A DNA stretch of 64,000 nt, taken from NCBI GenBank assembly GCA_003693705.1, contig RBZT01000591.1:1-64000 (forward strand). Direction: 5' to 3'. The DNA is from Polymyxa betae A26-41 (taxonomy: Eukaryota; Protista; Endomyxa: Phytomyxea). A program made the translations under genes and the position numbers. Of this stretch, positions 49,660 to 61,074 are shown one piece after another. The notes under the pieces were generated by a model. It was not told the origin of the DNA and made no database searches. It worked only from the letters and a program-made list of their open reading frames with translations. Position 1 is the stretch's first letter; each line of letters opens with the position of its first letter.

Positions 49660-51668
49660 TCAAAGAAATTGCATAATGGTTGAACAAACAGCATCGATAT
49701 TTTGCTGATAGCCATGTTTTTTTAGAAGCGACAGAACGTCACGGGTGTTTGTAGGTTCGCCCTGCGATTTGAATGTGTCTAAACATTTGGAATCGATTTT
49801 GACATTGACCTCGTTTTGCCAAGAGCACGACCAGTGGTGAATAATAAAAGTATGGTCACTACAAAAATGTTCAATGTCTTCAGAAGACGAAAGAAATCTC
49901 ATCCGATTTGGTAGAGGATAGAGGACGCAGGGCTGCATTATACCAACACGGCCGTTAACCAAATCAAGTTCGTCTACAGCTCCGATGACTCGAGAAATCG
50001 CCCCAGGACCGGTCTAATAACAACATGAATACCATATTGCAAGCATTTTCGGAAGGACGTACAGATTCAAGAATATCGAGTCGATTGCCAAGACACAAAG
50101 CGTTCAAGCACGACAGAACGACAGGGTGCTTTGGAGAAGCAGCGGCAAACGAATTCATAATTTCGACATGACCAGTGCTGCCCAGACCGACAATAACGTT
50201 GAATGGAGCTAACAGATTGTCAAGAGGCGCTACACATTCGATATCCATATCTGCATATACACCACCAAACTGGTATAACAGTTCCCATCTCAAAATATCA
50301 CTACGCTGAACTGGAGTCGTTGCATTCTCGTATAAATCACGGCGAATTAAATGCAAATCCACGACATCTTGATCTCGCCACAGTTTATACTCAAATTTAT
50401 CATTGAGCCTGATAAGCGAATCTGCCCTGATGTATGAAGGAAGTTAGAAGAGTTTTCTTTAAGGAAAAAAATACCATTTGATGAACTTTGGCGGGATATC
50501 TCGGTCTCCAAGCCAGATTTGATGAATGATCGACGGAATCGATTGTCGCCGGTATCCAGGATTGGCTAATTTGTTGTACACGGAAGCGAACTTTTCCAAC
50601 CATTCTTTATCATGCGGACTATAACGATCAAATTTCGTATTCAAAGGTGCCGAAAATGCTTCAGGTAACCAGGACTGCTTCTGGGCCACTCGACAACCAC
50701 TACGACCAGGTTTTCGACGAATCTTGCTCAGAGGATAAGTATAAAGGTCAGTTTCAGAATGAAGTTTGGCAAATATGTCATCCGGATCGGAATGAGGATC
50801 GAAAGCGAACATTTTAAAGCGCTGTAGCGGTTTCTGCCAAGGTTTCGGGCTCGACGAATAATGCAAAATATTAATTGGAACGTTCTTCCAGTAGGCGGGT
50901 GCCGTTCTTGTAAACCATCGCATCGCACGTTGAGCATTGAAGCTAAATGGCAGGCGAGCAGCTGGATGTGAGTTTTGATACCAGTCTGTAAAGATCTGGT
51001 TCAGATAACCGGTATCTCCACCGTCATACCTGAAAATAATGAGCAACAAACTTAAAAGTTGGAGTGATAACCGCTTACGAATCAATATCAGCAGCACGAC
51101 GTAACAGATACGAAAATGTTGATGGACACGGCTAGAAAACAAATCAGCTTACAGCATGTATAACAAGAAAAAAGAATCCAACCTTAAGCAGCATGACGCC
51201 GGCGTTAAAGCAGTCAGGCGGGAAGAAATCAGGAGCAGCTGCAAAATCAACATGAGTCAACCGAGCGAATTCGGCATCGATGTCAAAATCTGGATTAACA
51301 ATAGCACAATCGGCGTCGATGTAAAACACGCGATCATAACCAAATTCATCCAGCTGCCAAATTCGTAATTTGGTAAAACCACATTGAACCCAGGATTGGA
51401 CATGAGATCTGTTTGGATTTCGTATAGGATTTACAACGATGATTTCGTCATAGCCCAGTCGTGCAAGGACCTCCTCATGTTCGACGAGATCCGGTACAAT
51501 CAGCAGCACTAATGCAGCCTGCAGTCGCTTCCGTAATCGCCTGATCGAATGCGATAGAACTGGACATGATAACGGTCAGCACGTCTGAAACGGAATCCTT
51601 ACCAGAGTACCTTTGACGCCTGGTAAGAAGTCCAACGATGTTATGAGACTGACAACAGCATTAGACAT
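49660..51668 (-). CDS. Bifunctional cytosolic glycosyltransferase: GT8 (Gat1-like) fused to GT32 (Glt1-like)
   Basis: GT8 part: VSLITS..FLPGVK, HVQSWVQCGFTKLRIW, YIDAD, FAAAPDFFPPDCFNAGV, SYDGGDTGYLN, FNAQR, HYSSSPKPW. GT32 part: IPSIIHQIWLG, RSDILRWELLYQFGGVYADMD, TGPG, HHWSCSW. The junction lies inside ORF 50459-51142. Confidence 0.88.
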
Positions 51669-52386
51669 GATATAAGTAACACTACACGACTTCCGTAGAG
51701 ATAAAAGACGCAATGATTGCATTTATCAGCCAACCTAGAAGCAATTTGTAGCTCACCAAATGCTACACTTTGCAATGAGCAACATCGCAGTGAACTGACG
51801 AAATCCCCAGAAATTATAGTAGTATCTTGAATTGTGGCTTGAAATGTCTTGTCCATAAAATATCGCTCGGCAAGTTTCGAAGGCCTCGACAACTAGGGAC
51901 TCTCCTGTATTTGATCGTTGTTCTATCGAGGATTTATTATTACTTAGAGATTAACAGCAAATGTAATCCAGTCTTACTCTTAGTTGGTCATAAAATGCAC
52001 ATTTTTTGATATTATGAAACATTTTCACTATTTGCACAGGTTTTGTTTCAGGATTGTCGACCTGAAAGCTACTCAATTAGATTTTTGACAATCGTTGGCA
52101 AAGAACCAAAAGCAAAAGACGTCAAAACATCCGGTGTTAGATTAAAACCCCGATCCGTTGACAGATTGCGAATCACTGACACAGACATGACTTCCAAAAA
52201 TGATCAATTATTGACTTCTTTGTGCTGTCGATGGAATCATTCAACCAGCAAGACGTATTTCAGTGATAAAGTTCAGTCTGCAATTTGGTAATGAAGAACA
52301 TGTTTGGCGCAGCCCCGTTATCACATACAGTAGATGATGCCTAAATCTGCTGTATCGTTCAGATCTTCCAGAACGTCTTTGCAGCG

Positions 52387-55300
52387 ATGAAGGAATATCT
52401 TTGTGGGACGTTCGAGGTCATGGTCGGCCTCGGAACGTTCCGAAATGTGGATCTGTTTCGCCAAGGTTTATATGCCTATCGTCTGGCACTCTATACCATC
52501 GATGCGTGCAAAGCCCAGCCATCACTTGCTGCTTTATTGGCATGTTTTGCCAATATACAGACGAGAAATACGGCTGTGTTGGAGATGAACATTCCAGTTG
52601 CCGAAAGGGGCATTCCTTATCGGATAGTCAAAGCAGAACGAATTTCGCAAAGCGACAACCTTTCTGAAGCTCAAGCTGAGTATGTGTACTCTGTCCTATA
52701 GTGGCGATGACGTTTGTTCTCACTGTTATGGCTCTGTTTTCGAGATTGTTTGGAACAAAACAACTTTGTTCGCGCTTCTTTTACGATAGCAGCTGATTTT
52801 ACTCAGGACTGTGCACGCTCGAGTAGATGCCGATGATGGATTCGGGTTCAGTCGCGCCTTCCGCATCAAATACAACGATCAAACAGTAGCTTGTCATGAT
52901 AAGCCCTCTTTCTGCATTCTTACAGCGACCAGGTTGAAATCAATGAGTCCATCATATTCCGGATCATGCTAGATGTCGCCTCGGTAGGATTTCGCTAATT
53001 TTTCACTTGTAGTTACTTGAGTTCGTTTTTGATTGAGGACCGTTCTTTGAAGGGTTTGTGGTTTCTGATTCCGTTTCTTTGTTATAGAGACCCGATGTAT
53101 TTCTGGAAATTGGGCTGCTATTCTACGAAATGAATTCAGACGAGTATGATGTCAGGCGGCCGATTCCCTCCCACGAAAAATACAGCCTTATCAGTAGACG
53201 TTTGTTAAGGTTGACTCGAATGTAAGCTCTGCATCAGTTTCCGTTTAGTTTGTCTTCATGTTGATAACCATTGCTTTCAGATATGAGGGCTTGAGTGATA
53301 TGTATCCAATAATAAGCTCCGATAACGCGTTTGCTTCTGTTGATGCTACCATCCATTCACAATTGATAGATTTTGGTGTCGATTCATCAAGGTACTAACT
53401 ACCCTATTACCATTCTTTGTCCCTCTAAATCGGCCAGATCTGGTACTATAGCACAGGCCTTATTTCCCCAGCTTAACTTGTTGCTGGCGCAGCAGTGTCC
53501 TAATGATGGTATGCTTTACTCTTGAACATTTTCTGCCATTTCCGTTCAAGCTTTACAGCCCCTCCAGAACGGTTGAAAGATCTCAGGCAAGCGCTCGAAA
53601 ATGTATGTACAGCCTGTGTGCTTTGGCAAATGATTAATGCTCCAGTGTAGGAACCAAGATCCGCCAGAATAATTACTGACTGGGTCGCTTCTGCATATCA
53701 CCATTATACACAATCGCTGTCAGTATTGCGGCTTTTCATTCTTTACGGATTGCTGCTTCACTGTTCGCATTGTCTTTTTCATTCACTCTTTAACGTTGGC
53801 TGATAGGAATATCGCCTTCAATGAAATTCAATCATTGATCAAGGAATATTCTACCCACCTCTCAGAAAAACCAGTATACCAAACTCCTTTCAACTAAGTG
53901 ATTGAATATTGACATAACGCTTTCAAAGGAAATCCTCGGCCTTTTAAAGGCCCCGTCTCCTGCTCTTTCTTGCCCTTCTCTTCATGAATTGCTATCTGTA
54001 TGTTTGCGCTGTGAACTTTGCCGATTTTCATTAACTCTCGGTAATTCAGACACTGAAGACTCCTGATTTAGATTCTTGTGGCAAGGTCGCCTGGCTTATC
54101 AGGGGTCAACTCTCCATAATGGCTTCTGCGGTACTTTAGTAAATTGCTTTACATCTGAATTCTGCTTGTTCACAAAATCTTTAACTCTTCTGGAACTTCT
54201 CTTCATACTAATTTTGCTTCGTTAGATTTTCCAGCTTTGGAATGAGCTAACTGAATTGTGGCCTTTTGTTGCGACCAAGTTGATTCCCGAACTGTAAGAA
54301 GCCTTTCGATAGCTGTTTTAAAAAATTTTAAAAAGTGCAGGCGCCGAAAGTATTTTTCACTACATCACGATCGATGGGGGAGCTGTATTTTTCGCGAGAC
54401 GCTACCTTATGACCAACGATGGTGCGCTGCCGACCCCTCAGTGTGCTCCATCAAGTTTTCCCTTTGAATTTAGCTAAATCTCGTTTTAGTGTGAAGACTC
54501 GTCAACGCATATGCTCTGTCGTGCGGTAACTGCTTTCCCTCGCTTGTTTTGTCAAGATTCTGAACAACTTGTTTGAACAGAAATTCCAATTCCATTTCGG
54601 TAATCAGCCGGGCGCCCATTGAAGATATGACCTTGATCAGTAATATGAACGACCACGCTGTAGTGTTTGAGCAGTTGTTCTTACCCAAAACTAGCCCTTG
54701 CTCATCATTTGCTGTACGAAATTTGTCTTGGTTTCTTGATATTCGATTTTTTTTATTGCCGATGAGGTGTTCTCGTCTCATTTTAAGCTGATCAGATTAC
54801 CAGTTACAATCCTGCTCTGGAATGCCATGTCAGTTATTCTTCTCATAGGAACACCAAGAGTCCTCTAATCAAGACTCTAAGCTAAGAGATATTATTGTGT
54901 TTGTTCATGGGTAATTTGTCTTAACCTGGTGGGAAATTTTTTACCCATTGCTTAGATATCAAGGATGTAGCTCCGATCTCCGTCTGTTCAAAAACACGCT
55001 TTCGGTCATGGAGCCTCAATTACTGCTTCTGTTATCCACTGCGAATGAATTCGACACTGAGGGTCAGTATGGCACTCTGACGTCTTTTTTATCAGTATCT
55101 GGTTTCCCTTGCTTTATAGATTCTCACTATTTTAACAGACTCGATTGCAGTGATGGGTGCCCGGTTGGCAATCGAGATCAGCGACTTCGTTCATGTAATC
55201 TCAACGTTTAACATCACTTGCCAGTTTTTCTGACTTTTGGTTTCAGACCGAAGTGACCTCGCGTCCTACCAGAGTCCTTGGTCGCATTAGCTTCATTTGC

Positions 55301-56148
55301 CATTCTTTGGGCGGTCTTATTGTAGTAAGTCATCAATATAGTGGATTGTCTCAATCGTAACGGATTTCTAGCGAGCCGCTTTAGATCACCCTACATTGAC
55401 AAAGTTATTGCCTCATATGTACACATATCTTGCTCTCGGCACTCCACATCTTGGCTATATCAATGCTAATGCTTTCACTGGAACCGGTAAATCTTTCTCT
55501 CTCTCTCTCTCTCTCTCAAAGCGATTTGGATTTTAAATTGATCTTCATCAGGTTTGTGGGTATTAAGGCGCATGTCTGGATCTTTGTCATTATCTGAGCT
55601 GTCATTGTTGGATTCTCCTGACGATTTATCGCAATCCTATCTATATCGTCTGTCCCAAGGACGAGGCTTATCCAACTTCCGTAATGTGCTGCTTGTCGCT
55701 TCCCACCAAGACACGTATGTCCCAAATTCATCGGCCACCTGCCAGATTACCTCTGACACTTCAAAAAAAGGTTTGTTAGTGTCGCTCTCAAAGCTTTCTC
55801 TTCTTTACTTAGTTTAAATCTCTGTAACAAATACTGACTCCGGCATGACGATAGGAGAATTAGCCAACCGTATGGCTCAAAACATACTACAACATTTGGA
55901 TGGAGTTAACCTGACCAGATTTCATGTAAACTTTGTTACTGGAAGCGGGACCTTTTCTCTTGATAACTTAATCGGTAAATTGGATCATTCTCTGAAAGTC
56001 TAATAGAGCCAGAAATTGACATCTTGCTCGTTTTTTAGGACGGGCTGCTCATATATCATTTTTAGATCAACCCTTGTATATACAGATGCTCACTCATGTG
56101 TATAGTGATTATTTCACCAGAAACAGGAGAAAATCGAATGACATTTAA
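52387..56148 (+). CDS. FAM135: FAM135-family protein (DUF3657 plus DUF676 alpha/beta-hydrolase), many exons
   Basis: FRNVDLFRQGLY, IVFVHG|YQGCSSDLRLFKN, ISFICHSLGGLIV, LGTPHLGY, LVASHQDTYVP, IGRAAHISFLD. Confidence 0.9.
55496..55517. repeat. (TC)11 microsatellite in a FAM135 intron
   Basis: Read directly from the sequence. Confidence 0.95.
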
Positions 56149-57555
56149 TAAACATGTTTATGTCTGTATCCGAATTTTTTTATTTGTCATCCAAAGCAAA
56201 GAGATAAAAGCACATCTCTCCATGGATTATAAGTAATTGTAAACAGCATACAATCGAAGCTGATACAGAGAAACAAGACTGAAACAATTCATATGAACAG
56301 CTTTCTGTTGTATGGTCGTCAAGAAAGTCAACAGCGGGCTCTGAGTGTAATGCCGTTTAGTCAGTCAATTTCAAGTCTTTCAATCAGTAACCATCATTGG
56401 GCTCACACATGCCTCTCCCATCATTTATGTTTATGGCTGACTTGGCCGATTTAAGCAACATCGTCTCGTGTTTTCCGTCCAACTCGACAGACTCACATTT
56501 GCATCTGCTGACAGTTTACCTTGTAGAGAGAATATTTGGCAATGTAGAAAGCAGAAAGATTTAGATGAGATATTGGACGATATGGATCACAATGCCATCT
56601 GATATGGTCGTTTCGATCGACTATAGCTGTAAGTTTGTGTTCATAGCAGGTAATGTCGTGATAAGCAGATCGAGTGCCGTCAAACCATAGCTTGAGAACA
56701 GCGAGCTGTTTGGCGGTCGTAGATTCCGCTGAGTCAATCTGAGAGGTATCGCGAGGAAGATCGGCTGTCTAAAGCGACGGAAGATAGAAAACTTGTTTAA
56801 ATTATTTACATCATGAAGACACCAGATCTCTTCGTTCATGGCGATGACAAGAGATGATTGGTGTCGGTGAGGCCGTAAAGCTTTGCTCAGTACATAACAG
56901 CGTTCTTGAACAGATGATGCGTTTAGCGATTGTCTGAGCTAATCCAGCCGTCATCGTACATCCCAATTACATGCACATAGCTGAATCGCGCCCATACACG
57001 CATTCATTAGTGTTAAATAAATGGAAAGAGATGGAAATATATGCAGTATGTTTTTTAGAGCAAATGCTGAATGAAATCCTGATTCACATTTCTGGCAAGA
57101 CGTTGAAGAATGAACTGAATTTCCAAATTGCAGACAGCCAAGATGTCCTGGAACCCGAAGCCATAACTAGACCTGCAATCCATACAGATATAAATCATCT
57201 TTTACCTATCTCTAATATGGAACAATTTCGTAATTCATCTTGAACAGAATATTCACTAATATCAAATGCAGGTTATGAAACAGTATCAAATGCCAGATTT
57301 TAGTCTGCATCATTCGATTTCAGCCTCTTCGAGGTGCATTTCCAGAATGCAGCACCACAACTGGAGGCAGTAACGTGATCACACACTGATCTGGTAACAT
57401 AAGCTGGAGATGACACTCATTATCTGTTACAGGATCAATCAACTCTGAACATAAATCGACGATATAGATCAGATAAGCAACAATCTTCATATTCATAATT
57501 ATACTTCAAATCTGTGGGTATTACGAGAGATAAGATAACAATAGGATAGAGGGAA

Positions 57556-57586
57556 GTCAAGAGATGTCCAGGTCAAGAGATGTCCA
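57556..57586. repeat. Tandem duplication of a 15-mer
   Basis: gtcaagagatgtcca at 57556-57570 and 57572-57586. Confidence 0.9.
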
Positions 57587-58097
57587 AAGCACGGATAATA
57601 CCCAAGCTACGCTCTGACAACGGGTCATCGCGAGACATCATGTGCAGATGGTGCTCAATATCCGAGTCCCTGTAGGATTGGGCGGGTGCCTACCTTACCT
57701 ATCGAGGCTCTCTTAGGTCCTGCATATAGGGCCGCTTACGATCAACAAGTATTGATACGGGTGAAATACTGTAAAGCCCCGAAATCGTTAGTAGGGTTCT
57801 GGAATCTATTTGGGCAATTTGCCTAAACTTTCCAACCATGCGGTTTGGAAATAGCACCGCCGGTTGACCGAAAATCAACGAACTAGTCGAATCCAATCTA
57901 ATCCAATCCAATCCATGGTGCTCGAATATCATTTAAGGAAGTGATAAAGATGATCAGCACCGTTTATGCAAATATACGTGAGATTGCACCATGACTGCCA
58001 ACTGATCGATTTGCTCATTCATGAAAGCGATTTGAGAGGGAGAAACCCTCAATCACCGATGACGACAGACAATGATTAGGATGTTGTAAATATATAT

Positions 58098-58421
58098 TAG
58101 AGCTGTCCGCAAATAAACAGAAAGATACCTTAGTTTTCATGAAGATACCTTCGGACTTATTTTCTGCGGATCTATTTATAGAACTTACCAAATCCATAAC
58201 GTATGATTTGCGAAAATTAAAATGCACCAAAAAGATACCTTGGCATCTTGTTAAAAAGATACCTTATTGTCTTCCTCTGTGCCATCTAAAAAGCTCCGTG
58301 CGCGGTTAGCGTATCTTTTGAGGGATCTTTGATTTTTCCCTATTTTACGGACAAGCAAATGATAGAAGGTATGATTTATTTTTAGATGCGAAAAAGATAC
58401 GTTTATTTACGGACAGCTCTA
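58098..58421. mobile_element. 324-bp non-autonomous MITE, probably hAT-type
   Basis: 21-bp TIRs tagagctgtccgcaaataaac and gtttatttacggacagctcta match at 20/21. Flanks atatatat and ttatatgt match at 6/8 (possible decayed 8-bp TSD). Multiple internal AAGATAC(CT) repeats. Confidence 0.8.
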
Positions 58422-58508
58422 TTATATGTAATCAGTAGCACAAAAGGATATTGAAATTAAAACGATCGGATTCGTGCAGCGCCATGAATTATACAATTTC
58501 AGGAAACT

Positions 58509-58580
58509 TCCGATATAGTACAGGGGTCAGTATACCAGTCTTTCACATTGGAGACCGGGGTTCGAGTCCCCGTATCGGAA
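58509..58580 (+). tRNA. tRNA-Glu(TTC), intronless
   Basis: Acceptor stem tccgata/tatcgga, anticodon arm ccagt-ctTTCac-attgg, T arm cgggg-ttcgagt-ccccg. Confidence 0.96.
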
Positions 58581-58583
58581 TTC

Positions 58584-58590
58584 TTTTTTT
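58584..58590 (+). terminator. Pol III oligo-T terminator of tRNA-Glu
   Basis: T7 run three bases after the tRNA 3' end. Confidence 0.85.
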
Positions 58591-59087
58591 GCTGGAGATC
58601 CTCTGAGAGATCGATCTGAAATTGGATTGGATTGGATTTGATTTTCGTTGATTTGAATCAAGTATCAACAGGTGGGTGCTGTTTCCTTTCCACATGGCCT
58701 ATAGGACACACATGGTCATAAACGATCAACTATCCATTTTCGGTGCGGACATTATTTTTGTTCACCCGTTTAATTCGCTTTAATTTAAATTTTTGTTTAG
58801 GGAAGCCAGAATACCCGAGAATCGAGCCTCGAGACCAGCCTGCTAGCTCAGTCGTGACGGGAAATTTTCATGCGAATTTCTTACAATGTTTTCGGCTTAA
58901 TACAAATAAGTTGAATGAGAGATCAAATGAACCCTGCTGAATATAGATCAACAATTACAGAAGGCAGCTTGAGTTCCGTCGGAGATCGGTCGCGGTTTGG
59001 GCTCGGAGCGGTTGTGAATCGAGATTGTGGCCATGGCCGAATCGGATCGGTTCCGGCAGTCGCGAATCAGTTTGGGCCTGGGCCAGT

Positions 59088-59558
59088 ATGGATGGCGCCG
59101 CTGCTGCGATCATTGATGAGGATCGAGATCGTGACGCGTGGATCATCGAGATTGTCCATGAGCCGGACCAGGCCCATATTCCGGTCCAGAATGTTGAACG
59201 TATCATGCGTCGGGTGTTGCCTAAGAATCATGGAGCTCAGCAATGCAAGATTGAACGTGATGCCAAGTCTCTGGTCCAGGAATGTGTAAGCGAATTCATC
59301 GGGTTTGTCACCGACGACGCCAAGCTCTTCATGGAGGCGAACGGACGCAAGACCATTACAGGTCCCGATATCGTACTGGCTCTCGAGGACCTGTGGTTCA
59401 AGGAATACGCCGATCTGGTTCGTAAGCTGCATTGGCCTGAGACCGGTACCACAACATCGGTCAAGAAGCGCAACCGACCGCCACCGCCGCTGGAATCGGC
59501 CCAGCAGCAGTTCCCGGGCAGTATGACGTCGCTACTGACTGATATCGGGAGTCGTTGA
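59088..59558 (+). CDS. NFYB: Divergent NF-YB/Hap3-like histone-fold protein, intronless
   Basis: IPVQNVERIMRRVLP, KIERDAKSLVQECVSEFIGFVT, RKTITGPDIVLALEDL.FKEY. Confidence 0.85.
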   Translation: MDGAAAAIIDEDRDRDAWIIEIVHEPDQAHIPVQNVERIMRRVLPKNHGAQQCKIERDAKSLVQECVSEFIGFVTDDAKLFMEANGRKTITGPDIVLALEDLWFKEYADLVRKLHWPETGTTTSVKKRNRPPPPLESAQQQFPGSMTSLLTDIGSR

Positions 59559-59960
59559 CATATTGATGTGTCTTCAGATGCACTGAAGCGCTGGCGAGGT
59601 ACGACCATGGCAAAAATGGATTTGATGGAGCTCAGGATCGTTATGTAGGAAGTAGATGTACTGACTCTGCTTGCTCTACCAATGATCAAGGCCATGATCT
59701 CGGTATGTTCTAGTTTCTTATTGGAATTTTGTGAATTGAAGATCTGAAGCTATAACTGTTAGAGGATAGTCAACCCAGAGAGACCATCGCGGAGAGATTC
59801 ACTCAAGGTAATCGGTTGCCATTTCCAGTCGTCATTTCTTTCACTTCGTTTGCTGAAAACATGTCGAAGAACTTCGTTCAGTGAAGACCATCCCTTTGTG
59901 TTTTTGTTGTTTCAACAAGGGAAAATGTTCTTTCAATCGGACCTGATTTGATTATATGCA

Positions 59961-60464
59961 GTGCTGACTTTACAAGATGTATATGCTGCTTGCAGTAGGC
60001 AGCAGCCACACAAGGAGCTCTTGCAATCCCGAGCCAGAACGCCTCCTTTTATGCGAGCCGATCGTGATGTATTTATGTTGCAGACGGAGATTAATGGGAA
60101 TGTTGTCCACGATAACGAAGTTAGTCGGGATCCATTGCCCTCAAAAGAAGACGCTACAACTGTTTCGCTTGTCGATCCCGGATTCTGTAATGTTACCGAG
60201 CTAGATCCAAGAACCTGTAATACTACACAGACAGAGGCCAGATTGTATAGTTTTACCTCAACAGATCAACGAATCTCTTCATCATCATCAACCGGGTTGC
60301 TTCAGTGCGACTTAAACGGCGCCATCGACGATTTTGTGGAAGCATGCGATGGCTTTGTGGTTACCAAAACGCTATTTGACGACCCAATGCCGGTTTCGAC
60401 GTTAACGTCAGGTAGTCTCGGTTTCCCCATTTACAGCAGCAGCAAATCGCTGCTATTGTTTTGA
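59961..60464 (+). CDS. Probable exon of a hypothetical protein
   Basis: 167-codon ORF with an acceptor-like CAG upstream and a GT donor near 60412. No recognised domain. Confidence 0.35.
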   Translation: MLTLQDVYAACSRQQPHKELLQSRARTPPFMRADRDVFMLQTEINGNVVHDNEVSRDPLPSKEDATTVSLVDPGFCNVTELDPRTCNTTQTEARLYSFTSTDQRISSSSSTGLLQCDLNGAIDDFVEACDGFVVTKTLFDDPMPVSTLTSGSLGFPIYSSSKSLLLF

Positions 60465-61074
60465 CTGGCCACTATATGTTTTCTGATTCTATTTTGTTCA
60501 GTGCTCAGCAGCCCGCAATTGCCAAATTTCCCAAAAAGCGAGATGCTGAAAACCCAACATCACATCGCAGGTATACATTAGTGCTATATTACCAATTCAT
60601 CGTGATGGATAACAATACTGAGTAATTTTACAGTAAAGAGCACCGATCCGTTCGGTGTCGGCTTCGACCCGGATGCATTCAGCTGCTAGGGCAGTCAGAA
60701 TGTGACCTGAAACCATCTGAAATAAAATAACACACACATCTCCTTGTCCTTTCTCCCTCTGCATCTAATCCTCTCTCGTACCTTCAATTCAGCACACCGC
60801 ATCAGGTCCAATCTAGACCTTTCTGACTACGGCAGCATTGCAATTGGACCTGTTCCTGTTATGAATTGCCCGACAAGGCAAAGCATGAATGCATCGCATT
60901 TATCGGCAGCAAACCGGCAAAGAACAAAGGCAAGAGCCGCGCTTGCGTCGTAATCGTCAACAAGTTTTTCTAAAATTAGTGAAAATGAACGTCCGTTTGC
61001 ACTGTTTTTATGCCTGATTTATAAGAGAAATATTTATATAAATATTGGCTTACCGGATAGATATACCAGAACAG

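Noticed and set aside
56200-57950. Possible gene or structured ncRNA (including a U1-like cttacct near 57705)
   Set aside because: No snRNA, snoRNA or ribozyme consensus could be completed. The ORFs are short and motif-free.
58121-58400. AAGATACCT repeats as a CRISPR-like array
   Set aside because: The repeats are under 12 bp, irregularly spaced, lie inside TIRs and are in a eukaryotic context. They are better explained as MITE subterminal repeats.
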